A DNA stretch of 64,000 bases, from the NCBI GenBank assembly GCA_003228125.1, contig QGNP01000006.1, forward strand, positions 677 to 64,676. The letters are read 5' to 3'. Below, in pieces: positions 39,620 to 49,050 of this stretch. The notes beneath the pieces are model-generated. The model ran no database searches, had not been told where the DNA came from, and saw only the letters and a list, made by a program, of their open reading frames with translations. Position 1 is the stretch's first letter, and every line of letters starts with the position of its first letter. The translations under genes and the position numbers were made by a program. Origin of the DNA: Chloroflexota bacterium. Lineage in GTDB: Bacteria > Chloroflexota > Dehalococcoidia > UBA2979.

Positions 39620-39857
39620 TTTTTACTCCTTATTATTTACAACATATAACTTTTGATTTATCATTTAGTTATATTCAATTTCTAGAATTATAAGTATATA
39701 TTGTTATTTCATTTAGATTATAGTCTCAATTATATTTTTTTAAAAATAACTTAAAAATAACTGGATATTTTTTTGATACTTAAAGAAAACTTATGCAAGT
39801 AAAAGCAGTTTTTATTTTTTATATTGAGACTACTTGTAACATAAGACTGATTAATAT

Positions 39858-39887
39858 ATTACAATGATTAAGTTAAATCATTGTAAT
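39858..39887. promoter_or_regulatory. perfect 12-bp palindrome with 6-nt spacer (candidate operator or hairpin)
   Basis: ATTACAATGATT-aagtta-AATCATTGTAAT, ending 24 nt upstream of the TTG start at 39912. Confidence 0.5.
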
Positions 39888-39911
39888 TCAATTTTAAGAT
39901 TGGAATTTATT

Positions 39912-40226
39912 TTGCCTAAATATGATTTTTTATGTTCAGAAGGATGCGTATATGAATCCGAAGAGTCATTTGGCTCTGCACGAATTCAAAAGTGTAAAAA
40001 ATGCAAAAATGGAAAAGCTGAGAGACAGTTAAATGTACCAACTTTTAGATATAGGGGTATGGGATTTTATACTACTGATTCAAGAAAAGATTTTAGAAAA
40101 CCTGAGGAACTTCCCAATTCATCTGCACGAAAAGACGATCCACCAAAGGAATGGCCAGACAAAAATGACACTTTGCATGGAACAGAAAAAAAACAAAAAA
40201 CAAAATCAGAACATAAGGAAAAATAG
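39912..40226 (+). CDS. FmdB-family zinc-ribbon protein (putative regulatory protein)
   Basis: From TTG 39912 the product starts MPKYDFLCSEGC...CKKCKNGK...GMGFYTTDSRKD, the usual FmdB/CxxC_CxxC_SSSS N-terminal pattern. The track start at 39864 lies inside the palindrome. Confidence 0.6.
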   Translation: MPKYDFLCSEGCVYESEESFGSARIQKCKKCKNGKAERQLNVPTFRYRGMGFYTTDSRKDFRKPEELPNSSARKDDPPKEWPDKNDTLHGTEKKQKTKSEHKEK

Positions 40227-41081
40227 TTATTCTATTTCAATACTCATGTCAAGATATTTTGCTGAATGAGTTATAGCGCCAATTGCTATATAGTCGATTG
40301 GTAAATTTTTATATTGATTTATATTTTGCAAATTTATACCACCAGAGATCTCAATTTTTATGTTTGATGGCCTATTGATATTACAAACTTTTTTTATTTC
40401 TTGAATAGACATGTTGTCTAACAAGAGTACATCTATATCATTTTTAAGAGCTTTTTGAGCTTGTAATAAATTCTCTACTTCTAATTCAATCAGATATTTA
40501 TTTTTTAATTTTTTTCTATAATTATTAATTATTTCATTTATATTTTTTTCAGACGAGTTTAAATGGTTGTCTTTAATTAAAATAAATTCTTTAAGCGAAT
40601 CTCTGTGATTGTGTCCTTTGCCTTGCAATACTGCATATTTTTGTAAGGCTCTCATCGTTGGTATTGTTTTTCTTGTATCTCTAATTTGTATGTTTTTTTC
40701 TTTACCTAATCTTTTAACAAATTCGTTAGTTATAGTGGATACTCCTGATAGCATTTGTAAGAAATTAAGCGCAACTCGTTCTCCACTAAGTATCTTACTC
40801 ACAGGACCTTTTATTTGTGCAATTTGTTCATTTTTGTTTATTTTATCCCCATCTACTTTTTTGAATTCTACGATAATTTTTTTTGACATTTGGTAAAAGG
40901 TTTCTTTAAATATTTCTGTGCCACATAAAATACCATTTTCTTTTGCAATCAATTGAAAATTACCATTTAAATTGATTGGAATTAAGTAACTTGATGTAAT
41001 GTCTTGCTGAACACAGTCTTCTTCAAGGGCATTCTTTATAATTTTTTTTATATAATTTTTATCGATGTATTGATATTTCAT
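40227..41081 (-). CDS. nadC: nicotinate-nucleotide diphosphorylase (carboxylating)
   Basis: 284 aa with a QPRTase pattern (RDTRKT, IKDNH, IEISGGI). Confidence 0.9.
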   Translation of the reverse strand: MKYQYIDKNYIKKIIKNALEEDCVQQDITSSYLIPINLNGNFQLIAKENGILCGTEIFKETFYQMSKKIIVEFKKVDGDKINKNEQIAQIKGPVSKILSGERVALNFLQMLSGVSTITNEFVKRLGKEKNIQIRDTRKTIPTMRALQKYAVLQGKGHNHRDSLKEFILIKDNHLNSSEKNINEIINNYRKKLKNKYLIELEVENLLQAQKALKNDIDVLLLDNMSIQEIKKVCNINRPSNIKIEISGGINLQNINQYKNLPIDYIAIGAITHSAKYLDMSIEIE

Positions 41082-41099
41082 AAATTAAAATGCATTAGT

Positions 41100-42299
41100 T
41101 TAACTAACTTCAATCATTCTTTCTAAAGCAATTTTAGCAAATTTTTTTGTATCATCATCGACACTTATTTTATTTACAATCTTCTTATCTAATAGTGATT
41201 CTAATATCCATAATAAATATGCTGGATGCACTCTGTACATGGTGCTGCATGGGCATACAACAGAATCAAGACAAAAAACTTTTTTATTTGGATTTTCTTT
41301 AGCTAATCTTGAAACTAGGTTAATTTCTGTACCAATACCGATAATTGAATTATTAGGTGCATTGCTTACATAATCTGCTATAAATGCAGTAGAACCAACT
41401 GCATCAGAAGCATTTGCAACTTCAGAGCTACATTCAGGATGCACTACTATCTGTATCTTTGGGTATTGAATTCTTGCTTGATTAATTTGAGAAATTGTAA
41501 ATCGCTGATGAACTGAACAAAATCCATCCCATAAAATAACTTTAGATTTTTCTATTTGAGTAATAGTGTTGCCGCCTAATTTATTTTCTTTTTTTCGCCA
41601 ATCCCAAAGAGCTATGGATTCATCTTTAATTCCTAGTTTATGGCTTGTATTTCTTCCTAAATGTTGATCAGGGAAAAAGAATACTTTGTCTCCTTTTTCA
41701 AAAGCCCATTTAATTACCTTGTCTGCATTTGAAGAAGTGCATACGATTCCATCATTTTCTCCACAGAAAGCTTTTAGAGTTGCTGGTGAGTTTATGTATG
41801 TTATAGGAATGATTTTATATTTTTCTTTAAATTGCTTAGTTAATTGATTCCAAGCACTACCTACATCAGGTTTATTTGCCATGTCTGCTAAAGAGCAACC
41901 AGCTTCCAGATTTGGCAGTAGTATATGCTGAGAATTACTGGACAATATATCTGCTGCCTCTGCCATAAAATGGACACCACAGAAAATTATAAAAGGAGTT
42001 TTATGATTACGAGCAGCATATAAAGACAATGCATAGGAATCCCCAATTTGATCTGCAAATTTAATAACATCTTCTCTTTGATAATGATGTCCAAGAATAA
42101 TTACATTATCACCAAGTTTTTTTTTCGCAGTATTAATTTTATAATTAATTTCTTCACTAGTTAAGTTAAAATATTCTTTAGGAATTTCTTGTTGCCATTG
42201 TGAAAACGAAGACTCTTTTGACAATGGTATTGTATCCATTGTCATTGGCACTTCGCAGTCAATTTTATTTTCAAAATCTAGTATAAGTTTTTGGTTCAT
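41100..42299 (-). CDS. nadA: quinolinate synthase
   Basis: GHHYQRE, CGVHFMAE and CPCSTM motifs. It is a long-form enzyme with an N-terminal extension of roughly 50 aa. Confidence 0.9.
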   Translation of the reverse strand: MNQKLILDFENKIDCEVPMTMDTIPLSKESSFSQWQQEIPKEYFNLTSEEINYKINTAKKKLGDNVIILGHHYQREDVIKFADQIGDSYALSLYAARNHKTPFIIFCGVHFMAEAADILSSNSQHILLPNLEAGCSLADMANKPDVGSAWNQLTKQFKEKYKIIPITYINSPATLKAFCGENDGIVCTSSNADKVIKWAFEKGDKVFFFPDQHLGRNTSHKLGIKDESIALWDWRKKENKLGGNTITQIEKSKVILWDGFCSVHQRFTISQINQARIQYPKIQIVVHPECSSEVANASDAVGSTAFIADYVSNAPNNSIIGIGTEINLVSRLAKENPNKKVFCLDSVVCPCSTMYRVHPAYLLWILESLLDKKIVNKISVDDDTKKFAKIALERMIEVS

Positions 42300-42312
42300 A
42301 TTACTTACATCT

Positions 42313-42352
42313 TATATAGTTTGTGTACATCGTACGCAAAGGAAACTATATA
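42313..42352. promoter_or_regulatory. 10-bp perfect inverted repeat between nrtR and nadA (candidate operator or 5' UTR hairpin)
   Basis: TATATAGTTT (42313-42322) and AAACTATATA (42343-42352) are separated by 20 nt containing GTAC..GTAC. It ends 13 nt from the nadA start codon. Confidence 0.45.
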
Positions 42353-42379
42353 CAGGATACATACTTTTTATGAATTAAA

Positions 42380-43027
42380 TCAATGCAAAGCTGGATTTTT
42401 AGAATAAAATTTATATAAAGCTGCTGGCCTATGAGCACCACTTTTTCTTGATTCACCAATTGGTTTAATAATATTATTACCGATCATTCCTTTTCTGAAA
42501 TTTCTTCTATCAAGAATTTGACCAGTTATTGCTTCATAAGTTTCTTGTAGTTCTCTTAGAGTGAATTCATTTGGAAGTAAGCTATAAGCAACATTAGAAT
42601 ATGCAAGTTTAGACTCTATTCTTGCAATAGCTTTTTTTAAAACGAGAATATTTTGGAAGGCCAATATTGGAGTTTTATTTACTGGGAACCATTTTGGTTG
42701 CCAGTGATCTTCTTCTCTTAATATGACATCTTGTATGTTAACTAATGCAAAATAACATATAGCGATACTTTTTTTATTTGAAGCATTAAGGCCAGAAATA
42801 CTGAATAATTGTTCAAGGTATACATTTTTAGCACCAGTTTCTAAAAATAGTTTATCATTGGCTGTTTCAAGTAATTTTTTTTTACCAGACCAAAGCCCAC
42901 CTGGTAATGCCCATTTGTTATTTTCTGGCTCTACTGATCTTTTTACAAGAAGTATATTTAATTTTTTTTCAATAATTCCAAAAATTACAAGAACCGTAGA
43001 AACTTCTGTAGTTAGATGGTTATTGAT
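42380..43027 (-). CDS. nrtR: NrtR-like Nudix-related transcriptional regulator of NAD metabolism
   Basis: The C-terminal 94 aa form the winged-helix part. The same frame continues upstream without stops through a Nudix-fold domain (KWALPGGLWSGKKKLLETANDKLFLETG). The only SD-supported start is ATC 43027..43025. It is adjacent to nadA-nadC. Confidence 0.7.
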   Translation of the reverse strand: MNNHLTTEVSTVLVIFGIIEKKLNILLVKRSVEPENNKWALPGGLWSGKKKLLETANDKLFLETGAKNVYLEQLFSISGLNASNKKSIAICYFALVNIQDVILREEDHWQPKWFPVNKTPILAFQNILVLKKAIARIESKLAYSNVAYSLLPNEFTLRELQETYEAITGQILDRRNFRKGMIGNNIIKPIGESRKSGAHRPAALYKFYSKNPALH

Positions 43028-43044
43028 CTCATTCTCCTATTTAG

Positions 43045-44343
43045 TTATATAATTGGAATTTCATTGGTTTCAGCTAAAGTTCCCTTTAATGACCAAGGAC
43101 TTACTTCATGAATACTTACATTGATAATTTGCCCTAGAATATTTTTTCCATTAAAGTGAACAAGCTTATTATGCTTTGTTCTTCCAGTGCATTTGCCTGC
43201 TTGTTCTTTTTCTACCAAGACTTCTTGCACTGATTTAATTAATGCTATATTTTTTTCAGTAGATATTTTTTTCTGTGCTAATTCTATTATCTGAAGTCTT
43301 TCTTTTTTTATTTCTATAGAAATATCATCTTCTAATTTACGATATGCAAACGTACCAGGTCTGGGTGAATATGCAGCTGTATGAATTTTATCAAATTTAA
43401 ATTCTTCTACTAATTTCAGTGTGTCTGAAAATTCTTTATTAGTTTCTCCTGGAAATCCAACAATAAGGTCTGTAGAGATGGCAGCTTTTGGCATAACTTC
43501 ACGAATATTATAAACTTTTTCTTTAAATTCTGATATTTTATATCCTCTCCTCATGCGTTTTAGCATACTTTCAGATCCTGATTGTACTGGAATTAAAAAA
43601 TGTTCGCATACTTTAGGAAAATCAGAAACTGCACTAATTATTTTTTTAGTCATGTCGACAGGATATGACGTGAGAAATCTTACACGATCAATACCATTAA
43701 TATTTTCAATTTTTTCAAAAATATCGCCTAGATCTACTTTTATATCAATAAGATCATTGCCATATGCTTCAACTGTTTGACCCACTAATGTTATTTCTTT
43801 AATACCTGTTTTTGCCAAGAATTTAATTTCATTTATAATTTCAGATGGATCTCTAGATATTTCTCTACCTCTTCTAAGAGGAACAATGCAATACGTGCAA
43901 ATTTTATTACACCCATGTATTACTGGAACAAATGCTGTCATGCCATTTGGTTTACCAAATGTATTTGGCCAAAATTCTCCATTTGAAACATCAGTATTGT
44001 CGACAACTAAATCTATAATTGGATCAAATTCTTGTGGTTTAGCCCAAATATCAACCATTGGAAACCTACGTTGTAGTTCTTTGTTATTATTACTAACCAT
44101 ACAACCCATGACTGCCAATTTAAAATCATCTCCATCTTTTTTTCTTTTTGTCAAATTCCCTAATTGTCCATATGCTCTTTCTTCAGCATGCTGTCTTACA
44201 GCGCATGTATTAACAACAACTAAATCAGCATTTTCTTCAGAATTTAATTCTTCAAGTCCAAATTTAGTAAGTCCAGCAGATAACTTTAAAGAGTCTGCTT
44301 CATTCATCTGGCAGCCTATAGTTGAAATATAAAAACTGGTCAT
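43045..44343 (-). CDS. miaB: tRNA (N6-isopentenyl adenosine(37)-C2)-methylthiotransferase
   Basis: N-terminal TIGCQMNEADS, a radical SAM CNKICTYC motif and a C-terminal TRAM domain. Confidence 0.85.
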   Translation of the reverse strand: MTSFYISTIGCQMNEADSLKLSAGLTKFGLEELNSEENADLVVVNTCAVRQHAEERAYGQLGNLTKRKKDGDDFKLAVMGCMVSNNNKELQRRFPMVDIWAKPQEFDPIIDLVVDNTDVSNGEFWPNTFGKPNGMTAFVPVIHGCNKICTYCIVPLRRGREISRDPSEIINEIKFLAKTGIKEITLVGQTVEAYGNDLIDIKVDLGDIFEKIENINGIDRVRFLTSYPVDMTKKIISAVSDFPKVCEHFLIPVQSGSESMLKRMRRGYKISEFKEKVYNIREVMPKAAISTDLIVGFPGETNKEFSDTLKLVEEFKFDKIHTAAYSPRPGTFAYRKLEDDISIEIKKERLQIIELAQKKISTEKNIALIKSVQEVLVEKEQAGKCTGRTKHNKLVHFNGKNILGQIINVSIHEVSPWSLKGTLAETNEIPII

Positions 44344-44364
44344 ATTTTATCTTATTTTCTTTAC

Positions 44365-44456
44365 TGGCGGAGGAGGAGGGATTCGAACCCTCGATCCCAA
44401 ATAATTGAGATAGGCGTTTAGCAAACGCCCGCACTAGGCCACTATGCGACCCCTCC
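44365..44456 (-). tRNA. tRNA-Ser (anticodon GCU)
   Basis: I folded this 92-nt class II tRNA by hand. The acceptor stem is GGAGGGG/CTCCTCC with one G-U pair, and the D stem has 3 bp. The anticodon stem is GGCGT/ACGCC with loop TTGCTAA. It has a long variable arm, a T arm GAGGG-TTCGAAT-CCCTC, and an encoded GCCA 3' end. Confidence 0.9.
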
Positions 44457-44550
44457 ATTTTTTTTTAACCTAAGTTAATGAAGCAAAGGATAACATAGAT
44501 GGATTTATTAAGAGATAGTTGTAATTTTTTTTTATAGTGGTAAATTAATT

Positions 44551-45435
44551 TTAAAGCAGACCAAGATTTTTTAGAACTTCTTGAACAGTTTTACCTATAT
44601 CAGATGGAGATGAAACTACATGTGATCCTGCATTTTTTAAAGCATCTTGTTTAGCAGCAGCAGTACCCGAAGCACCTGAAATAATTGCACCTGCATGTCC
44701 CATTCTTCTGCCTGGAGGTGCTGTTGTGCCAGCGATAAAACTAATGACTGGCTTAGTCATTAGTTTTATGAATTCTGCAGCTTCTTGTTCAGCACTTCCT
44801 CCAATTTCACCAATTAAAACTACTCCTGCGGTTTCGCTATCTACTTCAAACAGTTCTAATGCTTTCTTTTGAGAGGTTCCTATAATTGGATCCCCGCCAA
44901 CTCCAATGGATGTAGATTGCCCAATGCCTAATCGAGTTAGTTGATCAACGGTTTCGTATACTAAGGTCCCTGATCTTGAAATAACACCAATATTTCCAGG
45001 CATATATACATCAATTGGCATAATGCCAGCTCTTGCTTGTTCACCAGGAGATAGAATTCCTGGACAATTTGGACCTATTAAAATAGTTTCTTTGTTATTT
45101 TCTAAAACTGTTTTAATGACCATCATATCTATCACAGGGACTCCTTCAGTGATGCATATGATCAATGGTATTTTTGCATTGATTGCCTCAATGATTGCAT
45201 CTTTACAAAAAGGAGCAGGAACAAAAATAAGAGATACATTTGCTTCAAATTTTTTTACTGCTTCGTTCACTGTGTTACATAAAGGTATCCCTGATTTTTC
45301 AGTACCACCTTTTCCAGGAGATACTCCTGCAACAATTCTTGTTCCATAAGCAATACTTATTTCTGCTTCTCTAGAACCAGCTGCTCCCATACCCTGAATT
45401 ATAATTCTGCTATTTTGATCAAGTAAGACTGCCAT
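44551..45435 (-). CDS. sucD: succinate--CoA ligase subunit alpha
   Basis: [18 protein letters not shown] and MGHAGAI (phosphohistidine) motifs. Confidence 0.95.
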   Translation of the reverse strand: MAVLLDQNSRIIIQGMGAAGSREAEISIAYGTRIVAGVSPGKGGTEKSGIPLCNTVNEAVKKFEANVSLIFVPAPFCKDAIIEAINAKIPLIICITEGVPVIDMMVIKTVLENNKETILIGPNCPGILSPGEQARAGIMPIDVYMPGNIGVISRSGTLVYETVDQLTRLGIGQSTSIGVGGDPIIGTSQKKALELFEVDSETAGVVLIGEIGGSAEQEAAEFIKLMTKPVISFIAGTTAPPGRRMGHAGAIISGASGTAAAKQDALKNAGSHVVSSPSDIGKTVQEVLKNLGLL

Positions 45436-45451
45436 TATGTTTCCTTAATTA

Positions 45452-46615
45452 TTATTTGATTGATGCTGTAACGGCTAAGTTTGCACCTTGAGCAAAACCA
45501 TCAGCCAATTGGAAATCAATCCCTGATTCTTCTAATATTCTTTTACCATCTTCTACGTTTGTACCTGCGAGTCTTATAACAGTTGGTTGCTGAATAAGTC
45601 CTTGTTCTTTTGCTTTTACAAAACCTTCAGCAATTATATCTGTTTTTGCTAAGCCACCAAAAATATTTATAAAAATTGCTTTTACATCTGGATCAGATCC
45701 AATAATTTGAAGAGCAGATACAACAGATTCAGGATTATTAGCTGTGCCTATATCTAGAAAGTTTGCTGGGGAACCTCCTGCAAACTTGATTGCATCCATA
45801 GTTGCCATTGCTAATCCTGCACCATTGACCAAACAACCAATATTGCCATCTAGCTTAATGTAATTTTGTATTCCCTGATCTTCTGCCTCAAGTTCCAAGC
45901 TATCTTCTTGTGATTTATCACGAATATTAAATAAATCTTTTTGCCTAAACATTGCACTATCATCAATCGAAAATTTAGTATCTGCGGCAATTAATTGATT
46001 TTCTTTTGTTAAAACTAATGGATTTATTTCTATTAATGTCGCATCAGAATCAACAAATGCTTCATAAATGCCAGTTAGAATTTCGTGTAATTGTGCAAAA
46101 AGAGCTTTGTCAAGATTTAATTGAAAACCAATATTTCTAGATTGAAAAGGGAGTAATCCAGCCACTGGATGAATTTCAGTTTTTAGTATTTCCTCAGGAT
46201 TTTTTTCAGCTACAGCCTCTATGTCCATGCCACCTTGAGGAGAAGAAATAATAATTGGCTTACTGACACTTCCATCAATAGTGAGTGCCAAGTAGTATTC
46301 TTTTTCGATGTTAATGCCTTCTTCAAGTAAAACTGAATTTATTGGCAATCCTTTTTCACCAGTTTGATGCGTGATTAATTGCTTTCCTAGAAGATCTGTA
46401 GCATATTTAGTCATTTCATTAATGTTATTTGCTATCTTAATACCACCAGCTTTGCCTCTTGCACCAGAATGTACTTGAGATTTAACAACAATTGGAAATA
46501 TAAGATTATTTTGAATTGTTGTTATTTCTTCTAAATTTGATATTAGATTACTATCAGGAACTGGAACGTTAAATTTTTTTAATAAGTTTTTTGCCTGATA
46601 TTCATGCAGTTTCAT
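45452..46615 (-). CDS. sucC: succinate--CoA ligase subunit beta (ADP-forming)
   Basis: MKLHEYQAK N-terminus, ATP-grasp domain and GCLVNGAGLAMATMD motif. Confidence 0.95.
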   Translation of the reverse strand: MKLHEYQAKNLLKKFNVPVPDSNLISNLEEITTIQNNLIFPIVVKSQVHSGARGKAGGIKIANNINEMTKYATDLLGKQLITHQTGEKGLPINSVLLEEGINIEKEYYLALTIDGSVSKPIIISSPQGGMDIEAVAEKNPEEILKTEIHPVAGLLPFQSRNIGFQLNLDKALFAQLHEILTGIYEAFVDSDATLIEINPLVLTKENQLIAADTKFSIDDSAMFRQKDLFNIRDKSQEDSLELEAEDQGIQNYIKLDGNIGCLVNGAGLAMATMDAIKFAGGSPANFLDIGTANNPESVVSALQIIGSDPDVKAIFINIFGGLAKTDIIAEGFVKAKEQGLIQQPTVIRLAGTNVEDGKRILEESGIDFQLADGFAQGANLAVTASIK

Positions 46616-46737
46616 TTTTCACCATTTTTCTTACTAGAAATGAATGCTATATCTAGATTGTTTCATACTCAATATCTAAATATAGAAATTAAGAGATATA
46701 ATAATAACATGCATATTGATTATGAAACGGACGAGTA

Positions 46738-47940
46738 ATGACAAATGCTCCAATGCAAGGAATCAAAGTTTTAGAAGTAGCGAATTGGGTAGCAGCCCCA
46801 AGCTGTGCAATGATGTTAGCTGATATGGGTGCTGAAGTTATTAAGGTTGAAGCACCTGGAGGCGATGCATTACGTGGCATTTTAGAATACCCACCAATTC
46901 CAAATGTTCCTGGCAACCTTACTTTTGAATTGGACAATCGTGGCAAGAAATCAGTAACAATTGATTTTACTAAACCAGGTGCTTCTGCAGTTGTACATAA
47001 ATTAGTGAGCCAAGTAGATATTTTTATAACTAATTTGACTGACGAACGGGCTAAAAAATATTTATTATCTTTTGAGGATCTCAAGAAAGTGAAATCAGAC
47101 ATTGTTTATTCGGTTATTAGTGGCTATGGAACCATAGGTCCTGAATCTTTTAGAAGAGGATTTGACTTTACTTCATTTTGGGCACATTCAGGAATACAGG
47201 CACTATTAGGAGAACCAGGCTCTCCTCCTCCTCCTAATAGAGGTTCTCAAGGAGATCATATTTCAGCAATGAATTTATTGGCAGCAACGCTGGCAGCTTT
47301 AAGATTACGTGATATTTCAGGAAACCCACAAAGAGCCGAAGTTACATTACAGAGAACTGGCATGTGGACTATTGCAGGTGATGTGCAGAGAACAATTTTT
47401 AGTAAAACCCAACCTGCAAGACATACGCGTAAGAAACCTAAAAACCCTATCTTTAATTCTTATGAAACAAAAGATGGAAAATGGATCATGTTTGCAATGG
47501 CTCAAACGGATAGATATTGGCCTAGATTTTGCGACATGTTGCAAAAATCTGAATGGAAAGAAGAATATGATACTATTGAGAAATTAATTGATAATACTAG
47601 TAAATTAACTGAAGAAATTACCGATATTTTTTACAAGAGGGATTTTCATATATGGGAAAAGTTATTAGATGAGTTTGATATGACTTGGGCGCCTGTTGTT
47701 GAATTAATTGATCTTATTAACAGTGAACAACTTGATGCTATTGGTGCATTCACAGATATAATTCATCCTGAATTAGGTATATTTAAAACGTTAACAGTTC
47801 CATTTCACATTAGAAATAGTGACATTAAACCACAAGGCCCAGCACCTAAAGCTGGTCAAAATACATTTGAAGTCCTTGGCGAATATGGATTTGATTCTAA
47901 TGAAGTATCAGATTTAGCAGCTCATGGATTATTTGGATAG
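46738..47940 (+). CDS. CoA-transferase family III protein (CaiB/BaiF family)
   Basis: The N-terminus GIKVLEVANWVAAPSCAMMLADMGAEVIKVE is typical of family III CoA transferases; 400 aa. Confidence 0.85.
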   Translation: MTNAPMQGIKVLEVANWVAAPSCAMMLADMGAEVIKVEAPGGDALRGILEYPPIPNVPGNLTFELDNRGKKSVTIDFTKPGASAVVHKLVSQVDIFITNLTDERAKKYLLSFEDLKKVKSDIVYSVISGYGTIGPESFRRGFDFTSFWAHSGIQALLGEPGSPPPPNRGSQGDHISAMNLLAATLAALRLRDISGNPQRAEVTLQRTGMWTIAGDVQRTIFSKTQPARHTRKKPKNPIFNSYETKDGKWIMFAMAQTDRYWPRFCDMLQKSEWKEEYDTIEKLIDNTSKLTEEITDIFYKRDFHIWEKLLDEFDMTWAPVVELIDLINSEQLDAIGAFTDIIHPELGIFKTLTVPFHIRNSDIKPQGPAPKAGQNTFEVLGEYGFDSNEVSDLAAHGLFG

Positions 47941-47945
47941 TATTG

Positions 47946-49013
47946 TTATTTTATTTTAATTATTTTTCCAGAAATATTAGCTAGCTGAACAGCATCAATA
48001 ACTTTTTGACATACAAGACCATCATTTATGTTAGGAGAGAGTTCTTTTCCTTTGATTCCTTCAATCAATTTATCAATCATTAATCCAAAGCGTGGCACTG
48101 TACTATTTTTTGCTGCTCGAGACATTTTGATCTGAGGAATATTTATTTCTTTCATAATGGGACTAGAAGATGATGAAAATAATACTTTAGCTCCAGCAGG
48201 TGAAAGCTCGTCTCCATCTATCAGTAATGAGCCTTTTGTGCCAAAAATTTGTATTTGTCTGTTTGAACCTAATCGTGTGTTAGTAGAGACACTACAATTA
48301 ATAGAAATTGTGGCGTTATTAACAAGTGTGCCATTAATTGTAAATAAATCATCAGAAGTAATTTTTTTCCTAGTATTTTTATGAGCTGCATACTTGTTAA
48401 TTGATTTTAATTGACCAAAAACAGAACTAAAGTCATCTAGCATATACCTTGTTAGATCAATGAAATGACTTCCCATAGCTCCTAAGATGCCACCGCCTTG
48501 ATTTTTATTAAACCACCATCTATATTCAGGAATTACGTTTGAATGAGGAATGCCTCTGAAATCATTAATAGATACGTGTATTGGATCGCCAATTTTCCCA
48601 TTTGCAATTAATTTTTTAACTAATTGATGACTGTTAAAATGCCGCATTGTGAAGGCAGTTATATTAGCTACTTTATATTTCTTTACTGCAGATAGCATTT
48701 TCTCCCCCTCATCAACATTTAGTGCCAATGGTTTTTCACAGATAATGTGTTTTTTAGATTGCGCTGCTTCTAAAACCATTTTACTGTGTAAGTGTACAGG
48801 GCTACCTATATAGATAATATCTAAATCATCTCTAGCACATAATGTTTTATAGTTTTTTTCAACGTATGGAATATTAAATTCTTTAGCACATGAGTCAGCA
48901 TTTTTTATATTGCCACTACAAATTGCAGTTATCTCAATACCTTTATATGTTTTAAATGTAGGAATAGGACTTTTTGCAGCCCATGATGTTCCAATGATGC
49001 CAATTTTATACAA
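47946..49013 (-). CDS. Gfo/Idh/MocA family oxidoreductase
   Basis: TTG start. N-terminal Rossmann motif KIGIIGTSWAAK and an EKPLA motif. Confidence 0.8.
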   Translation of the reverse strand: MYKIGIIGTSWAAKSPIPTFKTYKGIEITAICSGNIKNADSCAKEFNIPYVEKNYKTLCARDDLDIIYIGSPVHLHSKMVLEAAQSKKHIICEKPLALNVDEGEKMLSAVKKYKVANITAFTMRHFNSHQLVKKLIANGKIGDPIHVSINDFRGIPHSNVIPEYRWWFNKNQGGGILGAMGSHFIDLTRYMLDDFSSVFGQLKSINKYAAHKNTRKKITSDDLFTINGTLVNNATISINCSVSTNTRLGSNRQIQIFGTKGSLLIDGDELSPAGAKVLFSSSSSPIMKEINIPQIKMSRAAKNSTVPRFGLMIDKLIEGIKGKELSPNINDGLVCQKVIDAVQLANISGKIIKIK

Positions 49014-49050
49014 TAAACTTTTCTTTCATTATAATATTTATAGTATATAT

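Noticed and set aside
39793-39867. 24-codon ORF (MQVKAVFIFYIETTCNIRLINILQ*) in the long rpsB-upstream spacer, considered as a possible leader peptide.
   Set aside because: It has no convincing SD and no regulatory codon pattern. An ORF of this length is expected by chance, and it terminates inside the palindrome, which is better explained as a DNA or RNA element.
43012-43032. Six-codon mini-ORF ATG AGA TCA ATA ACC ATC TAA at the 5' end of nrtR, considered as a start followed by a frameshift into the Nudix frame.
   Set aside because: The ATG is only 1 nt from the GGAG core, which is too close, and there is no slippery motif. The in-frame ATC at ideal spacing is the simpler explanation.
44344-44550. 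tRNA-Ser flanks examined for an integrated element (integrase, direct repeat of the tRNA 3' end).
   Set aside because: miaB ends 21 nt from the tRNA and sucD ends 94 nt on the other side. There is no integrase gene or duplicated tRNA fragment within the window.
46689-47102. 137-aa minus-strand ORF spanning the sucC/CoA-transferase spacer and the 5' part of the CoA-transferase gene.
   Set aside because: It is antisense to a well-supported CoA-transferase N-terminus. It has no SD or motifs and would start inside the opposing gene.
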